A stretch of DNA of 64,000 nucleotides from Bacilli bacterium (GTDB lineage Bacteria > Bacillota_I > Bacilli_A > RFN20 > CAG-826), in NCBI GenBank assembly GCA_041652475.1, contig JBAZHG010000001.1:72522-136521 (forward strand). Reading direction: 5' to 3'. The notes below the pieces were generated by a model. That model did no database searches, had not been told where the DNA came from, and was given only the letters and a program-made list of their open reading frames with translations. A program made the translations under genes and the position numbers. Of the stretch, positions 42,829 to 51,520 are shown piece after piece (the first letter of the stretch is position 1; every line of letters begins with the position of its first letter).

Positions 42829-42856
42829 AAAAAATCCGGCTGGACACCAGCCGGAT
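42829..42856 (-). terminator. Intrinsic terminator of the opp operon
   Basis: Minus strand: ATCCGGCTGG-TGT-CCAGCCGGAT followed by TTTTTT. Confidence 0.8.
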
Positions 42857-42864
42857 AATCCAAT

Positions 42865-44121
42865 CTATTCGGCCACGCGGGCGTCGATGGCGGCCATTTC
42901 CTGCTTGTACTTTTCGATTTCATCCGAGTTGGCGCTGACGAGGTGCCCGGGGATGATTTCTTGAAGGACCGGCTTTTCCTTGGAGTAGTCATGGTCGGTC
43001 AAGGGGTTATAGACAATCCGTTGCCGTTTCTTTTCCGAAATCGGGTCCGGCTTCGGGATGGCGCTTAGCAAAGCCCTGGTGTAGGGGTGCAGCGGATGCT
43101 TGAATATTTCTTCCGCCGTCGACATTTCGACGATTTCGCCGTAATACATGACCGCGAAACGATCGCAGAAGTACTTGATGACGCTGAGGTCGTGGGCAAT
43201 AAATAGAATCGTCAACCCATACTCGTTTTTAAGATCGTTGAGCAGGTTGATGATCTGGGCCCGGATCGAAACGTCGAGGGCTGAAATCGGTTCGTCGCAA
43301 ATGAGGAATTCCGGGTTCATGATGATGGCCCGGGCGATGCCAATCCGCTGCCGTTGCCCGCCGCTGAATTCGTGGGGATAACGGGAGGCGTAATCGGCCA
43401 GGAGGCCGACTTTTTCCAGCACTTCGACGACTTTGGCGGAGTTGGATGTCTTGTTGCGTTCGCCGAGGATGTGGAGCCCTTCTTGGATGATGTCTTCGAC
43501 CGTCATGCGCGGATCGAGCGAGTCGGTCGGATCTTGGAAGATCATCTGCATCTTCGACATCATATGGGGATCGACGTGGGCGTTGTCGTAGCGCACCTGC
43601 TTGATCTTTTCCTTTTGTTCGGCGACGATGGCCGCGGTTTCAGCCTTGATGGCTTCGATTTTGGCTTGGTAACCGTCCTTGATGGCGGCGATGATTTGGT
43701 CGTTGTTCTCTTGGGAGGCGCTCGTCGCTTCGGCGATTTCATCGCTCATCTCCTGACGGAGTTCCTTGATGCGCTTGCGAGCCTTGATGCGCTTCCACTT
43801 GATTTCCTTTTCGTTCCAGCGCGTTCCGCCGTTGATGCGGTAACCGTTGAAATAAATGCTTCCGGAAGTGATGTTGTAGAGGCGAATGATCGACCGTCCG
43901 GTCGTCGTTTTACCACAGCCGGATTCGCCGACGAGTCCAAAGACTTCGCCTTTTTTGATGTCAAAGGAAATGTCATGGACGGCTTTGGTCCGGAACTTGC
44001 TGGCGCCGAAGCCGACGGTGAAGAACTGCTTTAAGTGACGGACCGACAAGACGATGTTTTGATCGGCCAGCTTTTGGTCGAAGGTCACTTGGCGTTTTTG
44101 GGCGGGACGTTTATTTTCCAT
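42865..44121 (-). CDS. oppF: Oligopeptide ABC transporter ATP-binding protein OppF, with a ~85-aa insertion
   Basis: Walker [17 protein letters not shown] signature, Walker B LICDEP. A charged helical insert lies between the Walker A region and the MIFQDP Q-loop. Confidence 0.9.
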   Translation of the reverse strand: MENKRPAQKRQVTFDQKLADQNIVLSVRHLKQFFTVGFGASKFRTKAVHDISFDIKKGEVFGLVGESGCGKTTTGRSIIRLYNITSGSIYFNGYRINGGTRWNEKEIKWKRIKARKRIKELRQEMSDEIAEATSASQENNDQIIAAIKDGYQAKIEAIKAETAAIVAEQKEKIKQVRYDNAHVDPHMMSKMQMIFQDPTDSLDPRMTVEDIIQEGLHILGERNKTSNSAKVVEVLEKVGLLADYASRYPHEFSGGQRQRIGIARAIIMNPEFLICDEPISALDVSIRAQIINLLNDLKNEYGLTILFIAHDLSVIKYFCDRFAVMYYGEIVEMSTAEEIFKHPLHPYTRALLSAIPKPDPISEKKRQRIVYNPLTDHDYSKEKPVLQEIIPGHLVSANSDEIEKYKQEMAAIDARVAE

Positions 44122-45652
44122 CGGTCTTGCCTGCCTTTGCTAATGAATGGTTGATGCGTTCAGAAACGATCTTGGGCATCTCGGCTTTGGGCGCTCGCGG
44201 ATCGAGGAGCCACGTGGCCGCGTAATGAGTGTCGGAAATTTTGAAAAAGGGCGGTTCTTCCTTGAAATCGATTGCCATGGCGTAGCGGCTTCGGATCGCG
44301 AAGGCGTCGCCTTTGGGCGGGTAGATCATGTTGGGCGGGGTGCCCGGGATCGCCTCGAGGCGCTCGTGGCTGTCGATGTCGGGGATTGAGGATAACAACG
44401 CCCAGGTATACGGATGGCGCGGATCGTAGAAGATCTCGTGCGCGGTTCCGAATTCGACGATCTTGCCGGCGTACATGACGGCGACGCGGTCGGCCATGTT
44501 GGCAACGACGCCGAGGTCGTGGGTGATGAAGATGCACGACAATTGCCGGCTTTCCTTCAAGCGGTTGACGAGTTCGAGGATTTGGGCTTGAATCGTCACG
44601 TCGAGGGCGGTGGTCGGTTCGTCGAGGATTAAGATATCGGGATTCTGGGTCAAGGCGATGGCGATGACGATCCGTTGCCGCATGCCGCCGGAGAATTCAA
44701 ACGGATATTGCTTGAAACGCCGCGGGGCGTTCGGGATGCCGACTTCGGTCATGACTTTGATTGCTTGCCGTTTGGCTTCGGCTTTGCTGAGCTTGAGCGC
44801 GTCTTGATATTCAAAATCAGCCTGGGAGATCGCTTCTTTGATTTTATTTTGCTCCGAGGGGTCCGACGTCGCCTTCAGTTGGTTTTTCAAAGGGGCGACT
44901 TGCTGGTCGTGCTTCTGTTTGATTTCGACCTTGTATTTGGCGACAATGAGTTTGGCTTCCTTGCTCTTTTCCTTGATTTCGAGTTTGCCTTGGGCCAAGA
45001 TCGGTTTGAACTCGTCTTTCAATTGGGTGCGTTCGGTCTTAAAGAGGGCGTGGGCCGCCTTATTTTGATTGCGCATCTTGGCGATTTCATTTTTCTTCTC
45101 GTCGCCGTGAAGGGATTTGTTTTCGCGCACTTCCTTGATTTTGTTTTTATTGGCTTCCAAGACGTCGTCACGCCGCTTCTTGGCTTCTTCAATGCGGAAA
45201 ACGAGCAGCGCTTCGTTGTTCTTATGTTTGATCAAAGTCGGGGAGATAATGTCTTCAAACATGCGTTTGAGTTTGTTGCCGTTGATCAGCATCGCCTCGG
45301 TAATCTGCCGGCCGACGCGCATGATCGGGTTCAATGACGAAAGCGGATCTTGGAAGATCATCCCGATCTTATTGCCGCGAATGCGGTGGAAATCTTCTTC
45401 GCTCACCCGCGTCAAGTCTTCGCCTTGGTACATGACCGCGCCGCCGTCGATGCGGCCGTTGCCGGGCAAGATGCCCATGATCGTCTTGGCGGTAACCGAT
45501 TTTCCGGATCCCGATTCCCCGACGATGCAAAGGATTTCGCCTTTGTAAAGGTCAAAGGAAACGCCGCGCAAGGCTTTGACGCGGCCCTTGTCGGTGTAGA
45601 AAGAAAGGGCAAGGTCTTTTACTTCGATGACTTTGGTCTGTTTCGTTTCCAT
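44111..45652 (-). CDS. oppD: Oligopeptide ABC transporter ATP-binding protein OppD, with a ~160-aa Lys/Glu-rich insertion
   Basis: Walker A GESGSGKS, FSGGMRQR, ILDEPTTALD. A long K/E-rich insert lies between ITEA and VGIP. Confidence 0.9.
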   Translation of the reverse strand: METKQTKVIEVKDLALSFYTDKGRVKALRGVSFDLYKGEILCIVGESGSGKSVTAKTIMGILPGNGRIDGGAVMYQGEDLTRVSEEDFHRIRGNKIGMIFQDPLSSLNPIMRVGRQITEAMLINGNKLKRMFEDIISPTLIKHKNNEALLVFRIEEAKKRRDDVLEANKNKIKEVRENKSLHGDEKKNEIAKMRNQNKAAHALFKTERTQLKDEFKPILAQGKLEIKEKSKEAKLIVAKYKVEIKQKHDQQVAPLKNQLKATSDPSEQNKIKEAISQADFEYQDALKLSKAEAKRQAIKVMTEVGIPNAPRRFKQYPFEFSGGMRQRIVIAIALTQNPDILILDEPTTALDVTIQAQILELVNRLKESRQLSCIFITHDLGVVANMADRVAVMYAGKIVEFGTAHEIFYDPRHPYTWALLSSIPDIDSHERLEAIPGTPPNMIYPPKGDAFAIRSRYAMAIDFKEEPPFFKISDTHYAATWLLDPRAPKAEMPKIVSERINHSLAKAGKTDGK

Positions 45653-45655
45653 AAA

Positions 45656-47593
45656 CTACTCTTGCACTCCTTTCAGCGAGGGATTAAAGGCGTCACGGAG
45701 CCCGTTTCCGAATAAATTGAAGGAAATCATCAAAATCGAGATGATGATGGCTCCCGACATGATTAAGTAAGGCGACGTGCCGATATACTCCTGGGCTTCG
45801 CTCAAGGCGACGCCGAAACTGGCCAAGCCTTGGAGGCCAAGGCCGAGGTAGGAAATGGTCGCCTCCGAGAAAATGACGCCCGGGATGATCAATACGGCGC
45901 CGGTGACGAGGGGGCCGATCGAGTTCGGCAAAATGTGCCGGAAAATCAGCCGCATGTCGCTGGCTCCCAAGGTCCGGGACGCGAGGACATACTCACGGCG
46001 TTTATATCGGTAGAATTGCGATCGGGTGACTGCGGCCGTGCCAATCCAACCGGTTAAGCATAGGGCCAGAAGGAACACCCCGAAGTTGTTGCCGAGATGC
46101 AGGATGGTTAAGGTCATGATGATGATCCAGGGAACGCCTCCAAGAATTTCGGTGAAACGTTCCATTAATAAATCAATCGTGCCGCCGAAGTACCCGGAAA
46201 TGGAACCCCAAATCATGCCGTTGAACACGTTGATCAAGGCTGCAAAGAATCCAAGAATCAACGAGGTTCTTAAGCCGGACATCAGGATTTTGAAGTAATC
46301 ATAGCCGAGGTGGTTGGTGCCAAACACATAGTAAGGGATTTCGGACAAGCCCAAATAGCGGTACTGGGAAACGACGGCCACCACTTCGCGGGCGGTGACG
46401 CCTCCGGGACCGACCAAGACGCGTTGCGAGATAACGCCGCGTACCGGCGATGAGTCATCCAGCATCTGGAAGGAGGAGACGCCCACGCTAAAATCGTAAG
46501 TAATCAGACCGGCATCGATGAACTTCTGCAGTTCACTTGCCCCAACGACTTGCGAGCGATCGCCATAAACGATCAAATATGGATTGTATTTGAATTTGGC
46601 TCTGACAATCCGGGCGCGATACAAAGTCTTGGAGCCGCTCCCGGCTATTTTCCACGAGTATTGCATTAAATCAGCATCTTTGTCGCGCAACAAAAGTTCG
46701 TTGCCTTCAAGAAAATTAAGGTTTTCAAAGGTGATGTCGGTGGCGTTGTTGACATTTCGGGCCACGAATGAATCGATAAAGAGAGCTGGATAATCACCTT
46801 CGGGAATCGTTTCAAGCTCGAATCGGAATCTGACTTGGAAAGCCGTGATGAAGGAAGCGACCGTGCCCGGTTTATTGTCTTCAATCAATGTCGAAATCTC
46901 CTCGATGACGACGGTCCCGAAATCTGATGAAAAGTCCTTGATCAACAGCGGAACGTACTCCGTTTCGTACATGACGTCGACGTAGACGGCATAAAACGGC
47001 GTCACCGCCACTTCTTCGTTATAAGCGTTGAAGACGATTTGGGCTTCATATTCGTTCAAAGTGTTGATGATGACGCCCGGAGAGTAGATTTCGGCGTTAA
47101 CATTGCGCTTGTCGGTCCGAAGAATTAATGAACCTCCGGTCGCGTATATATGAGGATTGTTCACATAATCTTCGAAAGTATCCAATTCGCCAACGACGCC
47201 GGCGGGATCGAAGTTGGCCGGGCGGGGCGTCTCAGGATCGGTGACATAGTCGACGACGACATCGTCGTATTTGATGGTACCATCAAAGAAGCCGGCGTTT
47301 TCAAAGCCGCGCCAACGGGGTGGCAGAAATTTTCCGGCCAGATAGGGATGTTCGATATCCGAGGTGTCGACGATCGGGACGATGATTGCCATCAAAATCA
47401 GGATTCCAATTAATATACCGGCGACGACCGAAGATTTGTTCCCGACGAAACGCTTGATGGCGTCCTTCAGGAAAGTTGTCGGCTTGCTTTGGAATTTGAC
47501 GTCAAAAATGCTTTTGTCCAATTGGACGAATTTGAAGTCTTGCGAATCAATGTCCGGACGTGCAACCGCCGGTTTGTTTTTTTCGGGTACCAT
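45656..47593 (-). CDS. oppC: Oligopeptide ABC transporter permease OppC, with a ~330-aa extracytoplasmic insertion after TM1
   Basis: The C-terminal ~230 aa form a BPD_transp_1 core (ASRTLGASDMRLIFRHILPN). The N-terminal TM helix is followed by a long non-hydrophobic region. Confidence 0.88.
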   Translation of the reverse strand: MVPEKNKPAVARPDIDSQDFKFVQLDKSIFDVKFQSKPTTFLKDAIKRFVGNKSSVVAGILIGILILMAIIVPIVDTSDIEHPYLAGKFLPPRWRGFENAGFFDGTIKYDDVVVDYVTDPETPRPANFDPAGVVGELDTFEDYVNNPHIYATGGSLILRTDKRNVNAEIYSPGVIINTLNEYEAQIVFNAYNEEVAVTPFYAVYVDVMYETEYVPLLIKDFSSDFGTVVIEEISTLIEDNKPGTVASFITAFQVRFRFELETIPEGDYPALFIDSFVARNVNNATDITFENLNFLEGNELLLRDKDADLMQYSWKIAGSGSKTLYRARIVRAKFKYNPYLIVYGDRSQVVGASELQKFIDAGLITYDFSVGVSSFQMLDDSSPVRGVISQRVLVGPGGVTAREVVAVVSQYRYLGLSEIPYYVFGTNHLGYDYFKILMSGLRTSLILGFFAALINVFNGMIWGSISGYFGGTIDLLMERFTEILGGVPWIIIMTLTILHLGNNFGVFLLALCLTGWIGTAAVTRSQFYRYKRREYVLASRTLGASDMRLIFRHILPNSIGPLVTGAVLIIPGVIFSEATISYLGLGLQGLASFGVALSEAQEYIGTSPYLIMSGAIIISILMISFNLFGNGLRDAFNPSLKGVQE

Positions 47594-48622
47594 TATTTTC
47601 TCGCCCCCATTCTAATACGCGGATCGACGATGCCGTAGGATAGGTCAACCAGCAAGGTTGCGAATAACCCTAACATCGTATACACGGCCATGTCGACCAT
47701 GACGACGTTGTAATCTTTGCTTGTCAAGGCATTGACGAACAGTTGTCCGATGCCTGGAATGCCATATAAACGTTCCAAGATCAAGGAACCGGCCAAAATG
47801 CCAATGAATTGCCCAATGATCATCGGAACAATCGGGACCATCGAGTTTCTCATGGCGTGGCGGATGACGGTTTGACGCTGTCAATCCCTTAGTCCGCGCC
47901 AGCAGTAGGAACTCGCTCGACATGACTTCGGTCAGCTCTGCCCGGGTGTAGCGGGCAAAACCGGCGATGGTGCCAAAACATAAGGCGGCCACCGGGATGA
48001 AATACCCCAGGAACCTGACAGAGTCAGGGGCATTGTCAGAAGGCCATTGGGTCGGGAACCAATTTAAACCATAAGCGAAAAAACGCATCAAAAACGTAAT
48101 CATGACGAAGGAGGGAACCGAAATAAACACCATGATGCCAGTGGAAATGACATGATCGGTGGTTTTGTTCTTTTTCAAGGCGGCCCAAATTCCGAATATG
48201 AATCCAAGCGGAACTGATAATAATAGGGCGATGACATTGACTTTAATCGAATAGGGAAGGCGCTGCATGATGATGTCCATGGCGGGAACGTTCAACATGA
48301 TTTTGGTCGAAGTGCCCCAATTCCATTCGGTCACGATGTTGTTCAACCAGCGCAGGTATTGGACCATGACCGGTTGTTGACTAAACATGAAGACGCGCCC
48401 GATGCTGTCGGTCAGGATGATTTCCGCCGTAGCGCCAGGGCCGGGATCGATTTTATACATGTAGCCCAATCTCACTTGATTCTCATAAAAAGCGATTTGT
48501 TGATCAATCTGGCCGACGGCTCGATCGAGCGGCAGCAATTTCATGAGAATAAAAGTGAGCGAAAGTATGATAAATGTCGTTAAGAATATTAATCCGACAC
48601 GTTTAAGGACGTATTTCCACAT
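47593..48622 (-). pseudogene. oppB: Oligopeptide ABC transporter permease OppB, interrupted by a 1-nt frameshift near 47876-47882
   Basis: The N-terminal 247 codons (MWKYVLKRVG...EFLLLARTKGLT) are in one frame. The C-terminal part (QRQTVIRHAMRNSMVPIV...DPRIRMGARK) is in the +1 frame. Total length is 1030 nt, which is 3n+1. GAGGAGG SD before the ATG at 48622. Confidence 0.85.
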
Positions 48623-48649
48623 ATCGGAACCTCCTCGTTCCAAGTATTT

Positions 48650-48750
48650 AAATAGAAACATTGCCGGCCTAGAGCCGGCAATGCAAGGCCGTAGATCTGA
48701 GTCTTGAGAAGGATGGTGCCACCTTTCCAATATGGATTGATGGCACCATC
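48650..48750 (-). promoter_or_regulatory. Two stable stem-loops in the oppA-oppB intercistronic spacer (partial terminator / mRNA-stabilising hairpins)
   Basis: GATGGTGCC...GGCACCATC (9 bp, 48712-48750), and CATTGCCGGC-loop-GCCGGCAATG (10 bp, 48659-48683) followed on the minus strand by TTTCTATTT. Confidence 0.6.
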
Positions 48751-48767
48751 TTAATAGGATGTTACAG

Positions 48768-51197
48768 TTAGGCTAAAGGATAAGGAACCATCGGATAGAC
48801 GTTTTGTGTCGCCGAAGCAACGCCTTGGACCGTCGTGATGTAGTAGATGTCGACAGCCCAGTAAGCTCCTGTGCTTAAATCGACGTTTTCGAAGGTGATT
48901 GTCCAAGTGCCATCGGCGTTTTTGGTCAGGACTTCTTCAACATCGTAGTAAGTAGTTACTTCGGTCGAATAGTTGTAGAGACCAATGGCTTCAAAGATGA
49001 CGTCAACATCGTCTGGCAGCAAATTGTACCAAGTGCCGGAGACCGACACGGTGTGTTTTCCTGCTTCAGTGCCGACGACGCAGGTCGGATCGCCAATGGT
49101 GAAGAGAATCGTGGGGGCGCCTTCACTGGCGATTGTGCCAGCAGTGGCGGCCTCGAATAAGGATTGGAATGACCAAGCCACGCCGTCGTAACGGAGGTCT
49201 TGGGTCGGAAGGGCGGTGTCAACACCCCACGAGAGGGTGAAGCCAGTCCGGTTGTCGCTCAGAACGGTATCCATGAAGGAGACCGGGTCGAGCGTGTTGC
49301 CGGAAATGGAACCGAACGCCAGGTCGAATTCGCCCATCATTGGGGCATAGTACGCATCCATCCAGTCGGAGGTCGCGTATGGTTGAACGTCAAGTTCGTA
49401 ACCTGGGCAAGCGGCGTTGAACGCATCTTCCAAGTAACCTTCCATCGAAGCGCCTTCGGTCGCGACTTGGGTCGCGGTCTGATAAATCAGGCTGAGCTCG
49501 ATGACGGTTGGTTCTTCGGCAGTGCCAGGAGTGTAGTCTCCGGCTTCTTCAAGTTCTTCCATCGCGGCTTGGAAATAGGCGGCAGCCAACTCGACGGAGA
49601 AACCTTGGGTTTCAGGCGAACGTTCGGCGGTGACGGCTTTACCTTCATCCGTACTACGGAATGAGATGCCGAGTTCCGGATCGATGTTATAAGCGTCTGA
49701 CAAGAAAGCTTGAGCCGGGAATCGACCCGTGGCTTCCGCTAACTCTACGCGATTAATCGAGAAGTAAAGACCGTTGAGGAAGTTGTAGTTGGACATGACG
49801 GGCTTATGAGGCCAGTAGTCTTCGGCGTCATGCGAGTAAATAGAACCTTCTTCACCAAACAACTCTTCATAACGTTCTTCGGTCGTTGCGTTGACTTGGA
49901 GTTTCCAAACGGTGTCTCCAAGCGTTTGACGACGACGCGGGTCGGATTTGTAAGCTTGTAATTGAGAAGAGGGAATTGTGGCGGCATCAAGCTTACCGGC
50001 GATGAATTCTTGGAACGCGACAGTGGCACTAGCCAAAATCGTGTACTTATAGCCGGCGAAGTGGGCTTTATCTCTTTCAAAATAGGTGTTGTTCTTCTTG
50101 AAAGCGATTTGCTTGTTGGATTGCCATTCTTCCATGACGTACATACCTAACGACAACGTGGAATTAATGTTAGGCTTGCCGTATTCTGTAATGCCACCGA
50201 TGGCCGTAATGAAAGCCTCGGGGACGGGTGAGAATAAGGAGGTCGAAAGACTGTACATCGCATAGAACGGAGTTTTGGGAGAAACGAATTCAAAGTCAAT
50301 GGCATTTTCTGCGACATTGATTTGGATGCCGACGCTACTCCATTCCGGATCTAACCCGGCAGCTTTGGCGGCAGCGTATTCTTTCGCGCCTTTGAAGCCG
50401 CTGGTAGCCGACCCAAGGTCGGTGGCCCGGAACAGGTTGTTGTCAAGCATCATTTTGAACGGGGTCAAGTAGTCAGCCAAGACGACGCGTTGGCCATCAA
50501 AGGCGGCCACGGCCGGATCGGTTGACAGGGTGCGGTATTTTAATTCGGCATCGGTGCGTACTTTAACACGCCATTTGGTTCCCATGCCGTCGTCGCGCAG
50601 GTTAAGGGCGATTGGGCGTTCGGTCGCCAATTGGTTGTACCACTCGTAATTGGTCTTGTCCGCGGTAAAGCGGGTGTTGTAATAAGATGAGTTAATCATA
50701 GCATGTAAATCCGCAGTAACCGAGTCTTGGCCATCCCAGTAGTTGACTGTACCGGGGTCTTTTTGTTGCCAAGTATGGTAGTACCATTGATATTTGGTCT
50801 CCGGTTCTTGTTCGGCGGTCATTGCATCCATGATCGTTCCTTCGCCAACGCCAAAGCCGTAGTTCGGCACGTAGACGTCGCTAGGGATCGACAGCCGGGA
50901 GTTATAGAGTACGTTGGCGGCGTTGTCAGCGAAAGGAATACCACCCAAAAAGTTATCCAATGTATACTTTTCGAGTTGATAAAGAATCTTGGCCTTTTCG
51001 CTGTAGGAAGCGCCGGCATAATTGTACAGGCCATCGGCAAAATCCCAGACTAACGGATCTTCTGAAGTGACTTCGCTCGGCGGCACGCTGGTCGTCGAGG
51101 TTGTACTAATTGGTGCAGATGATCCTGCGCTACTACCGCAAGCAGCCAGGAGCATTAGTCCAAATAAGGACAACAAAGTAAGTTTTCCATTCTTCAT
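48768..51197 (-). CDS. oppA: Oligopeptide-binding lipoprotein OppA (family 5 SBP), unusually long at 809 aa
   Basis: Lipobox LLAAC, a Ser/Thr-rich linker, then an SBP_bac_5-like body at the head of oppBCDF. AAGGAGAG SD. TTGACA-18-TATTAT promoter candidate near 51245-51274. Confidence 0.75.
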   Translation of the reverse strand: MKNGKLTLLSLFGLMLLAACGSSAGSSAPISTTSTTSVPPSEVTSEDPLVWDFADGLYNYAGASYSEKAKILYQLEKYTLDNFLGGIPFADNAANVLYNSRLSIPSDVYVPNYGFGVGEGTIMDAMTAEQEPETKYQWYYHTWQQKDPGTVNYWDGQDSVTADLHAMINSSYYNTRFTADKTNYEWYNQLATERPIALNLRDDGMGTKWRVKVRTDAELKYRTLSTDPAVAAFDGQRVVLADYLTPFKMMLDNNLFRATDLGSATSGFKGAKEYAAAKAAGLDPEWSSVGIQINVAENAIDFEFVSPKTPFYAMYSLSTSLFSPVPEAFITAIGGITEYGKPNINSTLSLGMYVMEEWQSNKQIAFKKNNTYFERDKAHFAGYKYTILASATVAFQEFIAGKLDAATIPSSQLQAYKSDPRRRQTLGDTVWKLQVNATTEERYEELFGEEGSIYSHDAEDYWPHKPVMSNYNFLNGLYFSINRVELAEATGRFPAQAFLSDAYNIDPELGISFRSTDEGKAVTAERSPETQGFSVELAAAYFQAAMEELEEAGDYTPGTAEEPTVIELSLIYQTATQVATEGASMEGYLEDAFNAACPGYELDVQPYATSDWMDAYYAPMMGEFDLAFGSISGNTLDPVSFMDTVLSDNRTGFTLSWGVDTALPTQDLRYDGVAWSFQSLFEAATAGTIASEGAPTILFTIGDPTCVVGTEAGKHTVSVSGTWYNLLPDDVDVIFEAIGLYNYSTEVTTYYDVEEVLTKNADGTWTITFENVDLSTGAYWAVDIYYITTVQGVASATQNVYPMVPYPLA

Positions 51198-51506
51198 GAA
51201 AATGCTCTCCTTTCAATACCTTTTGATATTGTATGCTTAATAATACTCATTCAATGCGATTATTGTCAATATGTGCGATAAAAAAGAAATAATAAGAATT
51301 ATGGTTCATGTAATGCTTAATATTTCATTATATAAATATAGATAAACAGGAATTGCGGTCGTTTCCACTTGTTTCTTCGTCATTTTTCGTGACACGAACA
51401 AATGTATATAAATATGTAGGTTCTGCCGGTGTTTTTATGTTTTTTTATAAAAAAGGGGTTTCATTTTTTAATATCTGTTTTTTTCGATAAAAATCTTCGT
51501 TTAGTT

Positions 51507-51512
51507 TATAAT
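51507..51512 (+). promoter_or_regulatory. -10 box TATAAT (with TCGATA at -35, 17-nt spacer) 8 nt upstream of the ATG; no SD
   Basis: TCGATA-N17-TATAAT-AATCGGTA-ATG(51521). Confidence 0.45.
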
Positions 51513-51520
51513 AATCGGTA

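Noticed and set aside
47571-47590. The A7 tract in codons 4-6 of oppC (GAA AAA AAC AAA), and other 7-8-nt homopolymers, as phase-variation switches.
   Set aside because: The tracts are short for slipped-strand switching. They are not associated with surface-variable gene families here, and the observed oppB frameshift is not in a homopolymer.
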